Assembly: GCA_963706595.1 (NCBI GenBank)
Contig: OY970166.1
Coordinates: 4,544,001 to 4,608,000, forward strand
DNA from: an uncultured cyanobacterium
GTDB taxonomy: Bacteria > Cyanobacteriota > Cyanobacteriia > Cyanobacteriales > Nostocaceae
Length of the DNA stretch: 64,000 bases
Reading direction: 5' to 3'
The position numbers and the translations under genes are program-made. The notes beneath the pieces were generated by a model. That model was not told the origin of the DNA. It saw only the letters and a list, made by a program, of their open reading frames with translations, and searched no databases. Below are positions 21,919-31,381 of this stretch, piece after piece. The first letter of the stretch is position 1; the number at the start of each line of letters is the position of its first letter.

Positions 21919-23934
21919 TCACCTCCTAGTCATCAATCCCCTAGATTGCTCAACCAAGCGAATAAACTCACCCCGATAGCCCTCTTTGTCTTCTCCCCTA
22001 GCTTGAGTTGCCAAATTCATCACCAAATCCAAATCCGCATTTCCCTTGTATTCAGAGTCACGCAGCACCATTCCAAAAGTCGCCACCGCAGCCGCAAATC
22101 TCAGATTAGCCGAAGGTATTCGGTCAGCTTTGAAGTCACTATCTGGGATAGTTTGGGTAATCAGTTGACTGGTGCTGTTCTGGGGTAATTTATAGCGGAG
22201 TTTAACCAACATCATCTCATTCTCGGCTGGAGTCGTTACACCAGAACGCTGATACCTCAATGGGTCTACATCCGATAGCTTGACATCACTCTTCGTACCA
22301 GTAGGAATCACCTCATACAGTGCTGTCACCGAATGACCAGCCCCAATTTCCCCTGCATCTTTTTGGTCATCATTGAAATCTTGGTTTTGCAGCAAGCGGT
22401 TTTCGTAGCCAATCAAGCGGTATGCTTGGACTTTAGCGGGATTAAACTCCACCTGAATTTTCACATCCTTGGCAATAGTAAACAGAGTTCCCCGAATGTC
22501 ATTAACTAGGACTTTTTTCGCTTCTAATAAGGTATCAATGTAGGCGTAGTTACCGTTACCCTTATTAGCTAGTTGCTCCATTTTGCCGTCTTTATAGTTA
22601 CCAGTCCCAAACCCCAGAACTGTCAGGAAAATTCCCTGATCTCGCTTCTGTTCAATTAATCGGGTCAATTCGCCATCACTAGAAACCCCGACGTTAAAAT
22701 CTCCATCGGTAGCTAAAATGACTCTATTATTACCAGACTTGAGGAAGCTTTGTTTGGCTATATTGTAAGCCAATTCAATCCCCTCACCACCAGCCGTAGA
22801 ACCTCCAGCCTGCAAGCGGTCAATGGCTGCCAGAATTTCTGCTTTCTCACTACCAGGTGTAGCAGGTAAAACTAATCCAGCATTCCCTGAATAAACTACC
22901 AAACTTACCCGATCTTGAGGACGCAGTTCATTCACCAGCAATTTTAGGGACTGTTGCACCAAAGGTAATTTGTCTGGTTGATCCATAGAACCAGAAACGT
23001 CAATCAGAAATACTAAATTGCTGGGTTGTAAGGTTTCACTTTCTAAGCGTTTACCTTGCAAACCCACCTGTACCAGCTTGTGTTCAGGATTCCAGGGAGC
23101 AGCAGTAACTTCAGTGCTGACAGAAAAAGGGCGATCGCCTGTTGGTTGAGGATAATTATAAGTAAAATAGTTAATCAGTTCCTCTATTCGCACAGCATCT
23201 TTGGGTGGTAATTGACCTTGAGTAATAAACCGGCGCATATTACTGTAGGATGCTGTATCTACATCTATAGAAAAAGTAGAAAGAGGGTCATTACTAACGC
23301 GATGAAAGGGATTATCGTCAATCCGGTTATAGTTCTCCGTGTTGAATCTACCACCTGTTTGAACTTCAGGGGCGACTATTCCCTGAATACTCCTACGAGC
23401 TGAGAGTGGAAGGCTACTCGGACTGACAAAGCCTTGATCTCGGACAGATGCCGAAGGCATACTAGGGGGTCGAGTCTTTGGAATAGACTGAGGTTGATTA
23501 GCTTCTCTGGTAGTTTGAGTGGGACTGACGTTACTACCAGCTTCTAATTCATTGAGCGAATTTTTTAAAGTTGCTAACTCTGGTGCAAATTCGCTCTGTA
23601 AGCGTTGCAAAGTTTTGAAGTCTGTTTGGGGAACTGTTGTCGAGTTAGTTGCTTCTAAACAACTATTCAAGACTGTAGCAAACTCTGTCCGGGTTACAGG
23701 AGAACTGCCAAAGTTCTGCACAGAGACAACACAACTATAATTTTTGACTAATGCCTGGAGTGCTTGGTAGTCAGGGTGATTGGGTAGAATGGAGTTTGCT
23801 GGAGTAGTTTGATTGGCTGGAATGGCAATTGTCCCAGACTGATGTAAAACGGCAATTCCTACTGTTGGTATTACCAAACATAGCGTTAAAATACTCACTC
23901 GCTGCCACATTTTGGACGGAATCGGGTAAGACAT
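21919..23934 (-). CDS. YfbK-like vWA protein with an N-terminal SLH/coiled-coil module
   Basis: STFSIDVDTASY, DVSGSM MIDAS, LATDGDFNVG, YRLIGYENR; N-terminal TM/signal followed by YQALQALV..Y.C..TRTEFA. Confidence 0.88.
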   Translation of the reverse strand: MSYPIPSKMWQRVSILTLCLVIPTVGIAVLHQSGTIAIPANQTTPANSILPNHPDYQALQALVKNYSCVVSVQNFGSSPVTRTEFATVLNSCLEATNSTTVPQTDFKTLQRLQSEFAPELATLKNSLNELEAGSNVSPTQTTREANQPQSIPKTRPPSMPSASVRDQGFVSPSSLPLSARRSIQGIVAPEVQTGGRFNTENYNRIDDNPFHRVSNDPLSTFSIDVDTASYSNMRRFITQGQLPPKDAVRIEELINYFTYNYPQPTGDRPFSVSTEVTAAPWNPEHKLVQVGLQGKRLESETLQPSNLVFLIDVSGSMDQPDKLPLVQQSLKLLVNELRPQDRVSLVVYSGNAGLVLPATPGSEKAEILAAIDRLQAGGSTAGGEGIELAYNIAKQSFLKSGNNRVILATDGDFNVGVSSDGELTRLIEQKRDQGIFLTVLGFGTGNYKDGKMEQLANKGNGNYAYIDTLLEAKKVLVNDIRGTLFTIAKDVKIQVEFNPAKVQAYRLIGYENRLLQNQDFNDDQKDAGEIGAGHSVTALYEVIPTGTKSDVKLSDVDPLRYQRSGVTTPAENEMMLVKLRYKLPQNSTSQLITQTIPDSDFKADRIPSANLRFAAAVATFGMVLRDSEYKGNADLDLVMNLATQARGEDKEGYRGEFIRLVEQSRGLMTRR

Positions 23935-24068
23935 TCCTAAATCCTCACATTCAAATAGTTTTGTGATATTGCCTTGTTGCACTGACCTAGAATAGTCCTG
24001 ACTAGCCTGATATTTCATCACTGTTACAGTTTTGGTAACTGTAGCGTTTTTAACTCGCGTCCAACTCC

Positions 24069-24112
24069 CCCCTCTCCTGATAAAGGAGAGGGGCTGGGGG
24101 TGAGGTTCTATA
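24069..24112 (+). repeat. 44-bp dispersed hairpin repeat, left flank of the ubiquitin-like operon
   Basis: CCCCTCTCCTGATAAAGGAGAGGGGCTGGGGGTGAGGTTCTATA; 42/44 identical to 28284-28327. Confidence 0.9.
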
Positions 24113-24253
24113 TTTCAACAAACCCCCAAGAAGAACAGACAAGAAAAAGCAGGTGTATTAGCACCATAAGAACACAAAATTTAGTTAAGCCACATTTTCC
24201 TCTGAAAAATACTCCAAATTGTGTAAAATCAAACTAATTCATAAAATGAACAG

Positions 24254-25411
24254 ATGGACTCTTTTGTGATCACAGACCATCAAGAGAGCCGTTATGGTCG
24301 GCATCATCTCATTGATTGGTGGAATCAGAATCGTCTCAAAACTGCCAGAGTCCTAGTTGCTGGAGCAGGTGCATTAGGTAACGAAGTACTCAAAAATCTA
24401 GCCTTGGTGGGTGTGGGTAAGATCACAGTCATTGACTTTGATACAGTTTCCATTACTAACCTGACTCGTTCGGTTTTGTTTCGAGAGTCTGATGTGGGCT
24501 TACCAAAAGTAGAAGTTGCTCGTCAAAAGGCGTTAGAAATTAATCCAGAAATCACCATACAGGCAATTCATGGAGATTTAGAATTCGACTTGGGTATTGG
24601 TGATGTCCGAGAGCATGATTTAATTATTGGTTGTCTGGATAGCATCAATGCACGTTGGGCAATTAATCAACTTGCCTATCGTGCGGGAATACCCTGGATA
24701 AATGGGGGAATTGGTGTATCGGAGGGAGAAGTCAGTTTTTTTGACCCCAAAACAGCAGCAGCTTGTTATGAGTGCAGCATTTCTAATCAAATGTGGGAAC
24801 GTCGTAACCAACGCTACTCTTGTCAAGGGATGAAACGCCATATCCCCGAAGCCGCAATGCCCACAACAGCTACAATTGCCTCCATAGTCGGAGCAATGCA
24901 AGTACAACAAGCTCTGCTTTATTTACATAGCAAAACAGGGTTATTAAATGCAGGTGAAAAAGTCTTTTTGGGTTTAAATCCTTGGATGGCTTTTAAAGTG
25001 CAAATCCAACGGCAAGAGGCTTGTATTGCCCATGATTTAACCATTATTCCCACAGAAAATATTAACTATGAGCCAAAGCTGACAGTGAAATCAGTTCTGC
25101 AAAGATTAGAACAGTCTGGATTTACAGAACCTATTCTCTGGTTAAGAAATGAAGTAATTGGGATGATGAGATGCCTCAATCTAGATTGTGGTTATCAAGA
25201 GCAAATTAATATTCCTCTGCGTCAATACCCTGAATCAAAACTAGCTTGTCCTAAATGTAATCATGAACGTGATTTTGAGGTAATTAGGAATATTTCACTA
25301 GCCTCACCTGGGGCAAATATTACCTTGGGAGAATTATGTCTACCGAACAACGAAATTTTACACTGCGCCACCAACAAAGGTGCAATAGCAATTCAACTTT
25401 GCCAAATATAG
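24254..25411 (+). CDS. E1-like ubiquitin-activating enzyme (ThiF/UBA) with catalytic Cys and C-terminal Zn-ribbon region
   Basis: GAGALGNE nucleotide loop, DFDTVSITNLTR, CYEC...YSC candidate catalytic Cys, C..H, CLNLDC...CPKC. Confidence 0.9.
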   Translation: MDSFVITDHQESRYGRHHLIDWWNQNRLKTARVLVAGAGALGNEVLKNLALVGVGKITVIDFDTVSITNLTRSVLFRESDVGLPKVEVARQKALEINPEITIQAIHGDLEFDLGIGDVREHDLIIGCLDSINARWAINQLAYRAGIPWINGGIGVSEGEVSFFDPKTAAACYECSISNQMWERRNQRYSCQGMKRHIPEAAMPTTATIASIVGAMQVQQALLYLHSKTGLLNAGEKVFLGLNPWMAFKVQIQRQEACIAHDLTIIPTENINYEPKLTVKSVLQRLEQSGFTEPILWLRNEVIGMMRCLNLDCGYQEQINIPLRQYPESKLACPKCNHERDFEVIRNISLASPGANITLGELCLPNNEILHCATNKGAIAIQLCQI

Positions 25412-25427
25412 GAATATAAGAGCAACA

Positions 25428-25682
25428 ATGTCTGATTCAATTTCCCTTGTGATTCGTTCAGCAGATCAAACTCGTAAAGCTGCTGTTTCATTACCTCCAG
25501 CGCTAACTATAGAACAGTTACTACAAACTACCCAGGAAAAATGGAATCTCCCATCAAATACTAACTATGCCATGCGTTTAGAACGAACAGGACAACAATT
25601 AGATCCTGCAACAACTCTCGAAAGTCTGGGAGTTGAGGAAAATGATGTCCTGGAACTTTATCCAATTTTAGAGGCTGGTTAA
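25428..25682 (+). CDS. Ubiquitin-like beta-grasp protein ending in Gly
   Basis: 84 aa; LDPATTLESLGVEENDVLEL ubiquitin-like pattern; C-terminus LEAG. Confidence 0.88.
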   Translation: MSDSISLVIRSADQTRKAAVSLPPALTIEQLLQTTQEKWNLPSNTNYAMRLERTGQQLDPATTLESLGVEENDVLELYPILEAG

Positions 25683-25684
25683 TT

Positions 25685-26194
25685 ATGGGTATCAGAGAAA
25701 GACGATTAGAAAATGACTTTAAAGAATTAACCACATTAGTTAATACTTCCGGTGCAAAACTGGCGCTTATTTCCAAACAAGGACAACCACCATATCACTA
25801 TATAATTGAATATCGCTGTCGAGGCATAGCAAGAGTACAAGGAATAGAGCCTACTTTTCGCACTACTCACCGTGTAGAGATTAATATAGGTAGTAATTAT
25901 CCTAAAGAAAAACCTGACGCTAAGTTTCTCACAGCCATATTTCATCCTAATGTCTATACTAACCAAAGAGTGTGTCTCGGTAATTATTGGACAATGGCTG
26001 AAACCCTTTCGGAATTAGTGCTTCGCATTGGCAAAATCATCCAATACTCAGATGATGTCCTAAATTTAGAAAGTCCAGCTAATCCTGACGCTAAAAATTG
26101 GGCTAAAAATAATCTGCGGCGGTTTCCTGTGGATACACAAACTTTCAAAGTTAATCAAAAATTATTGACAACAATAGTTTGGAATGATTTATAA
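25685..26194 (+). CDS. E2/UBC ubiquitin-conjugating enzyme
   Basis: RRLENDF, YPKEKP, IFHPNV...VCLG (HPN motif plus catalytic Cys), SPAN.DA. Confidence 0.92.
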   Translation: MGIRERRLENDFKELTTLVNTSGAKLALISKQGQPPYHYIIEYRCRGIARVQGIEPTFRTTHRVEINIGSNYPKEKPDAKFLTAIFHPNVYTNQRVCLGNYWTMAETLSELVLRIGKIIQYSDDVLNLESPANPDAKNWAKNNLRRFPVDTQTFKVNQKLLTTIVWNDL

Positions 26195-26270
26195 AATCAT
26201 TAAAAAACTTTTGCAAATATTTAGTTCATATAATTTATGGCAAGAATTTTATCACTCAAAATCTGTAACC

Positions 26271-26861
26271 ATGAGCAACTTGAATCAAACTATGGATGAT
26301 GAAAATCAAATCATCTCACCTCAAAATGCACAAATTGAATGGGTAGAATGTGATGATGTTTATAAACCAATAGAAAAACCTATCGAGGAATTTTTAGCAG
26401 AACGAGGAATTGATATTAATTTCTTCTACCAAGTTTATATTTTAGAAACAGCACATACAACCCTATTAGAACATTTAAGAGAAGATACAAAGGTAGAACA
26501 TGGGGGTATTCTCTTTGGTAATGCTTACAGAGATTATGAATATGGAATTTATGTAGAAATTACAGCCGCAGTTCCAGCACCAGCCACAATGGGTACAGGT
26601 GTATATTTAGAATTTACAGCAGAATCATGGCTGAAAATTATGGATTATGCTAAAGCTGCTCATCCAGATGCAAATATTGTGGGATGGTATCATTCACATC
26701 CCAACCTTGGTGTATTTATGTCCGGAACAGATATGAGAACACAGCGAGCTTTTTTCTATCATCCTTGGTGTTCATCAATTGTTTTTGATCCTGTGAGAAA
26801 CCAAATTGCTTACTTTTTGGGTGAGGATGCAAATATGGTAAATATCATAAAATTTAGTTGA
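26271..26861 (+). CDS. JAB/MPN (JAMM) metallo-isopeptidase
   Basis: EHGG...GWYHSHP...MSGTD JAMM motif; start could be 26184, 26271 or 26292. Confidence 0.92.
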   Translation: MSNLNQTMDDENQIISPQNAQIEWVECDDVYKPIEKPIEEFLAERGIDINFFYQVYILETAHTTLLEHLREDTKVEHGGILFGNAYRDYEYGIYVEITAAVPAPATMGTGVYLEFTAESWLKIMDYAKAAHPDANIVGWYHSHPNLGVFMSGTDMRTQRAFFYHPWCSSIVFDPVRNQIAYFLGEDANMVNIIKFS

Positions 26862-26938
26862 TTTCGAGAAAATGAATAAACTTGCAACATCAGCTATAGC
26901 TGTAAATATTGATTATTTTTATCCAAAAAGCTGAAGAT

Positions 26939-27565
26939 ATGACCAATAATATCAGATATGTAAATTTGATTTGGCTAGGATTTGTTGGTGCATTTATTGG
27001 TGTGTTTATTGGTGTCTTGAAGGTGTTTAATTGGGATTTTATTTTTTTAGTGATATTTATAGTCGTAATTATTTGCTTAATCGCATTTTTGCATAAAAAG
27101 CTAACAGCTAATAATTCCGCACAAAACTCACAAAGACAGTCAACACCACAACGATTTTTATCTCCTAGTAATCAGACTAGAAATAACTTTTCATTAACTC
27201 AGAGGAGTTTACAAAATATTCAATGGACTGAAATAGGTACATATTCATCAAATAATTCTCAAACAACTGAAGAAAATAATATTACATTTGATGATTTTAT
27301 AGACTTGCATGATGCTACAGCCAATACAAAAGAACTGATAAATAATTTAATAGGACAAAAAGATCGTGTAACTGGTGATATATTTAATCCAGGTGAAAAA
27401 GTATATTTCTGTGTTCCCTGTCAACTAGGATATCACCAAGATAGTTGGCGATTTTTAGATAGAAAGTGTGAACAATGCAAATCTCCTCACGCGAGTAAGT
27501 ATACTCTTACCGTTTCGAGAGTGAGTGAACAGCCATTGGATACCTCTAACCCTTCTTTAACATAA
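26939..27565 (+). CDS. Two-TM membrane protein with a degenerate RING-like Zn finger (candidate E3)
   Basis: Two N-terminal hydrophobic helices; DRVTGDIFNPGEKVYFCVPCQLGYHQDSW...CEQC. Confidence 0.7.
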   Translation: MTNNIRYVNLIWLGFVGAFIGVFIGVLKVFNWDFIFLVIFIVVIICLIAFLHKKLTANNSAQNSQRQSTPQRFLSPSNQTRNNFSLTQRSLQNIQWTEIGTYSSNNSQTTEENNITFDDFIDLHDATANTKELINNLIGQKDRVTGDIFNPGEKVYFCVPCQLGYHQDSWRFLDRKCEQCKSPHASKYTLTVSRVSEQPLDTSNPSLT

Positions 27566-27621
27566 TTAGAATTAGAAAATTCAATATTTTAACAACATCT
27601 TCTAGAAATTAATTTAAATAA

Positions 27622-28269
27622 ATGTTTCCAGTTGCGGGAAGTACAAACATGAAAATTTTATATGGAATTGAACCATATATATGTATTAACAATCCTGATA
27701 TCTTAATGAATTTTTCTTTAGATATTGTATTACCTCAATATTTCCTCACCCAAATTACCCATTTGAGTAATAGTAATTTTGGTAATGCGACTGTATCAGC
27801 AAATAAAATTATCAACTCATTACATCGATGGGAAAATTCAAATTTATTATTTAAAACCAACGCAAAAGGAACCGTTTATTTTATAGCTGAAGCAATCAAC
27901 TATCTTAAAGTTGACAGCCAATATCAGAACATAGATAATACGAATCTACTAGACAGATATTTATTAAGTCTTTTATATTTATCCAATATTCTAGAAGCAA
28001 AAATAGTCTTTTTAGCGTCATCGCCTGAAATGATTGGCAAATGTCGCATTTTAAATTTAGACCCTGTTACTTTAGCCGAATTTACGCTGAATGGTGAGTC
28101 TTGGTTACAACCAGAAATGTTAATTAATATGGAAACAAGTCACCCAGATATAGTTAGTGAACCCGATATTTTAGATGCTTCAGAAAGAGAGACAACTGTA
28201 CAAATTCAATGGTTAGATATTAGAGTTTCACAAGAGACAAGTAATATTCAATGGCTAGATATGAGATAG
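27622..28269 (+). CDS. Hypothetical protein, last gene of the ubiquitin-like operon
   Basis: 215-aa ORF, co-directional; C-terminal duplicated IQWLD motif. Confidence 0.7.
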   Translation: MFPVAGSTNMKILYGIEPYICINNPDILMNFSLDIVLPQYFLTQITHLSNSNFGNATVSANKIINSLHRWENSNLLFKTNAKGTVYFIAEAINYLKVDSQYQNIDNTNLLDRYLLSLLYLSNILEAKIVFLASSPEMIGKCRILNLDPVTLAEFTLNGESWLQPEMLINMETSHPDIVSEPDILDASERETTVQIQWLDIRVSQETSNIQWLDMR

Positions 28270-28283
28270 AATTAACTCTTTCT

Positions 28284-28327
28284 CCCCTCTCCTTATTAAG
28301 GAGAGGGGCTGGGGGTGAGGTTCTATA
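28284..28327 (+). repeat. 44-bp dispersed hairpin repeat, right flank of the ubiquitin-like operon
   Basis: CCCCTCTCCTTATTAAGGAGAGGGGCTGGGGGTGAGGTTCTATA; a third, inverted copy lies at about 45299-45339. Confidence 0.9.
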
Positions 28328-29225
28328 CCACAGCAACATTCTGCAAAATAGTCATTGGTCCTTTATTTTTGATTACCTGCATTTGTTCCTCATTCCGCAC
28401 TAGCAAAGCACCAGCAAATCCCAATGAGTTGACAGATATAGAATCAAAATCCTCGTGCGATCGCGGTACAATTAACATCCATTCTCGTGTAGCTAAAAGA
28501 TTGTAAGCCCCAGATTGTCTATTGTCCTCCAAAGCCTCTAAACCTACAGCACTCAATAAGCTCTGATATAGCTCCAGCGTGGCTACTGCGGTGGCAAACG
28601 GGGAATTACTCCAACTGGAGTCTAATTTCGCTAAAGCATGAATAAAGGGCAATTCCGGCACAGTAGTTATAGAATCTGTAAATTGTGCTGATTTCAGTAG
28701 CGGTTCTATCGGTATTTGCACCCCTGAAGGTGTTAGTGGTAAAGGGACTATTTGCAGATGTTTATGCGGCTGACTTGCTCCAGCAAGTTTACCACCGTTG
28801 TAGAACACCAAACCCTCAAACTCAGCCAAACAAGCCCACATAGCAGCAAAATCTTCCAGGGTGAGTAATTTTTCCTGTTCCTCAAAGGCGCGGGTAATAA
28901 TCAGCAGATGATAGTCAACAACGTTGAATTTGTTTAATATGCAAACATGAGTCGGGGAAATATCCGCGACGAATAAATCTTTCTCATAGGGAAGAAAGGG
29001 ATTAGTTTTTTTTTCTTGCTGCTTGGCTGTGTTTTTGCGGGTAAGATTAGATAAAATTCTGACTACAAATTTGATCCCATTCTGCTCGACAAATTCAAAA
29101 TCTGTTGGTATTGATAACAGCGCGCCACATTGCAAAGCATTTTCAGTTTGTTTTTTGATACTGTTCCACAAAGTGCCAGGTTTCAGCAATATTTCTCTCT
29201 GTGCCATTTCTTGTTCTTGGGGCAT
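28323..29225 (-). CDS. ATP adenylyltransferase / Ap4A phosphorylase II
   Basis: NPFLPYE, LNKFNVV..H, FYNGG..AGASQPHKHLQ, VNSLGFAG. Confidence 0.9.
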   Translation of the reverse strand: MPQEQEMAQREILLKPGTLWNSIKKQTENALQCGALLSIPTDFEFVEQNGIKFVVRILSNLTRKNTAKQQEKKTNPFLPYEKDLFVADISPTHVCILNKFNVVDYHLLIITRAFEEQEKLLTLEDFAAMWACLAEFEGLVFYNGGKLAGASQPHKHLQIVPLPLTPSGVQIPIEPLLKSAQFTDSITTVPELPFIHALAKLDSSWSNSPFATAVATLELYQSLLSAVGLEALEDNRQSGAYNLLATREWMLIVPRSHEDFDSISVNSLGFAGALLVRNEEQMQVIKNKGPMTILQNVAVV

Positions 29226-29416
29226 AGTGAAATATTATATCAGTTATGATCAATTATTTATCCGGCAATTTGCAAGTAAATGAAGTAGATATTTTAGGGA
29301 ACACCAGAAAATAAATTATCCCATCTTGTAGGATTAGCGGGCATCTTTGCCCGCTCCACAATATTTTTTTTGAAATTATATGATTCTATTTTTTCAAAAT
29401 CAATTTAGTTAAGATT

Positions 29417-30481
29417 TTAGAAAAACATAACTTCACCCAATTCAACAAACATTTGTTCAAACATATCATCAGGATCTTGGTGCATCTGGCGCAGATTTAC
29501 CGGACCACAGACGAATTCTTTAATGGTGATTTTCTGCTCTCGAAAATCTTTGACAAAATCGCGGATAGCGGCGATAGTCTTAATTTCAGCTTCCACTTGT
29601 TCCGCCATGCTGCCAATCGGATCTATTCCTTCTTTCGCCGCTTTTCGACAATCAGAAACTATCGCGCCTTCTGGTGTATTTTTAACTGAGCGAAGTTCCT
29701 GCTTTAATGTCTCATATTGAGTTGTGAGAATTTCATTTTGCTGTTCTATTCTAGTGCATTGGCGAGTTAAATCGTCTTCACTGTTACTATCAATAGACTT
29801 GCCTACTTGATGTTGCTGTTCAATTTCCAACAGTCGCGCCAAATCACCTTCTTGGTAGGCTTTGTTAATTTCCTTCATGATTTCGGTATGACGCATTTGA
29901 GTTTCGCCATCTTTTACTTTGTCTGGGTGAAATATTTCGGCTAAACTTAAAAATGTTTGCCGAATTTTTCTGGCGGTATCAGATTTGTTTCCCGAAGAAA
30001 AGTCTAGATCCTGTGACGCTTCTTGATATTGACTGTGTTCTTCTCTATGTTTACCTGAAAAATCATCTTCTGGCTGATTATCTTCAAATAAGTCGTCTAA
30101 TTCTGTGTCCTCATCTTCTGAATGTTTTTTGGGTTTGGGACTGATAATTCTGGCTATTTGGAGTTGATAGTAAATTCCTTCAATATCTTTTCTGCTCTGC
30201 TTACCCAATTTTCTTAAAGTCAAGATTTCATCAAACAGAGTATGAATTTCTCGGTCGATATCTACCAATTTTCGGAACTTGGGATTACATCGATTAAATA
30301 TATCTGCGGCTAAGGAACGCATCTGTTCGACAAAATTGTTCAGTTCAGTCCGTTTCCTCTTAATTTGTTTCAATAGCCACTGGTGTTCTTTATCTAAAGT
30401 CTCTAGCCGGATATGGAGAGACGAAAGCGCCAGTGTGGTTGTATTTGGGGACTGGGATGAAGATGTTGATTTTCGCGGCAT
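29417..30481 (-). CDS. Coiled-coil protein with a J-domain
   Basis: FLSLAEIFHPDK...MKEINKAY (HPD motif). Confidence 0.85.
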   Translation of the reverse strand: MPRKSTSSSQSPNTTTLALSSLHIRLETLDKEHQWLLKQIKRKRTELNNFVEQMRSLAADIFNRCNPKFRKLVDIDREIHTLFDEILTLRKLGKQSRKDIEGIYYQLQIARIISPKPKKHSEDEDTELDDLFEDNQPEDDFSGKHREEHSQYQEASQDLDFSSGNKSDTARKIRQTFLSLAEIFHPDKVKDGETQMRHTEIMKEINKAYQEGDLARLLEIEQQHQVGKSIDSNSEDDLTRQCTRIEQQNEILTTQYETLKQELRSVKNTPEGAIVSDCRKAAKEGIDPIGSMAEQVEAEIKTIAAIRDFVKDFREQKITIKEFVCGPVNLRQMHQDPDDMFEQMFVELGEVMFF

Positions 30482-30620
30482 AAAACAGGCCAGTCTGAAT
30501 AAGTTGACATCTTATACAGATCCTACCGCCAAAAGATTAAGTTTAATCAGTTAATCCAGGCGATCGCATGGGTCAAAATTGCGGGAAACTAAAAGCAGAT
30601 CATGAAGAGAGGAGAACCTA

Positions 30621-30977
30621 ATGAGCTGGACTAAAGTTCTTGCAGCTGATGCACTTGCGCCAAATGGCAGACAAGTGGTAAAAGTTGGCACACGAAAAAT
30701 TCTGCTTGTCAACCACGAAAGTCAACTTTATGCTGTCGATAATACCTGCCCTCATTTAAAAATGCCCATGAAAAATGGGAAAATTACCGAAAGTGGGGCA
30801 ATTGTTTGTCCTATACATCGTAGTGCTTTTGACTTAAGTACTGGGGAAGTACAAGACTGGTGTCCTTGGCCGCCTGTTGTAGGTAAAGTACTTTCAAAGA
30901 TTTCACCGGAGAAGAAACTACCAGTGTTCCCTGTGCGTGTGGAAGAAGGTAGTATTTGGATTGATTTAGAGGAATAG
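30621..30977 (+). CDS. Rieske [2Fe-2S] ferredoxin-like protein
   Basis: CPH...CPIH ligands. Confidence 0.92.
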   Translation: MSWTKVLAADALAPNGRQVVKVGTRKILLVNHESQLYAVDNTCPHLKMPMKNGKITESGAIVCPIHRSAFDLSTGEVQDWCPWPPVVGKVLSKISPEKKLPVFPVRVEEGSIWIDLEE

Positions 30978-31162
30978 TAGCCTCTAGTAAAAGAGGCAGG
31001 GGAGCAGGGTGTGGGGGGCAGGGGGGAAGACTGAGACGGAGCTTGTACCCCTTCCCCTCTGCCTCTTCGGTGAGGCTAGCAAAAGCGATCGCTTGCCCTC
31101 TTTCCCTTCTAAGCCAGTAAATTTAGTCATCACATCAGGTTGCTATAGTGAATCCCCAATAG

Positions 31163-31381
31163 TCAATCAGCAGACTTAGCAGTTTTTATACCCTCAAGCT
31201 TCTCTATCCGGTAATTCTGGATTTCATTCTGCGCCACCACTTCACTTCTAAGTAATTTGATTTCAGATGTCATATCAGAAACACGGTTGCCCATACTAAA
31301 ACCACCAGTAATCAAATAGAGTCCTGATTGGGTGGTTATGGTCAAGACTGTGATCAGCATGGCTAATCGTTCGGCGGTCAT
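31163..31381 (-). CDS. Small hydrophobic plus coiled-coil protein of the element
   Basis: 72 aa; hydrophobic N-half, coiled-coil C-half; overlaps the stop of the upstream gene by 4 bp. Confidence 0.7.
   Translation of the reverse strand: MTAERLAMLITVLTITTQSGLYLITGGFSMGNRVSDMTSEIKLLRSEVVAQNEIQNYRIEKLEGIKTAKSAD

Noticed and set aside
21639..22188. ORFs 21639-21881 and 21649-22188
   Set aside because: They run through a cluster of repeat elements and the antisense strand of the vWA gene, with no protein-like signature.
24254..25682. ThiF/MoeB plus ThiS/MoaD cofactor biosynthesis, or CBASS Cap2/Cap3
   Set aside because: A separate E2 with catalytic Cys and a RING-like gene are present, while thiamine/molybdopterin genes and a CD-NTase are absent.
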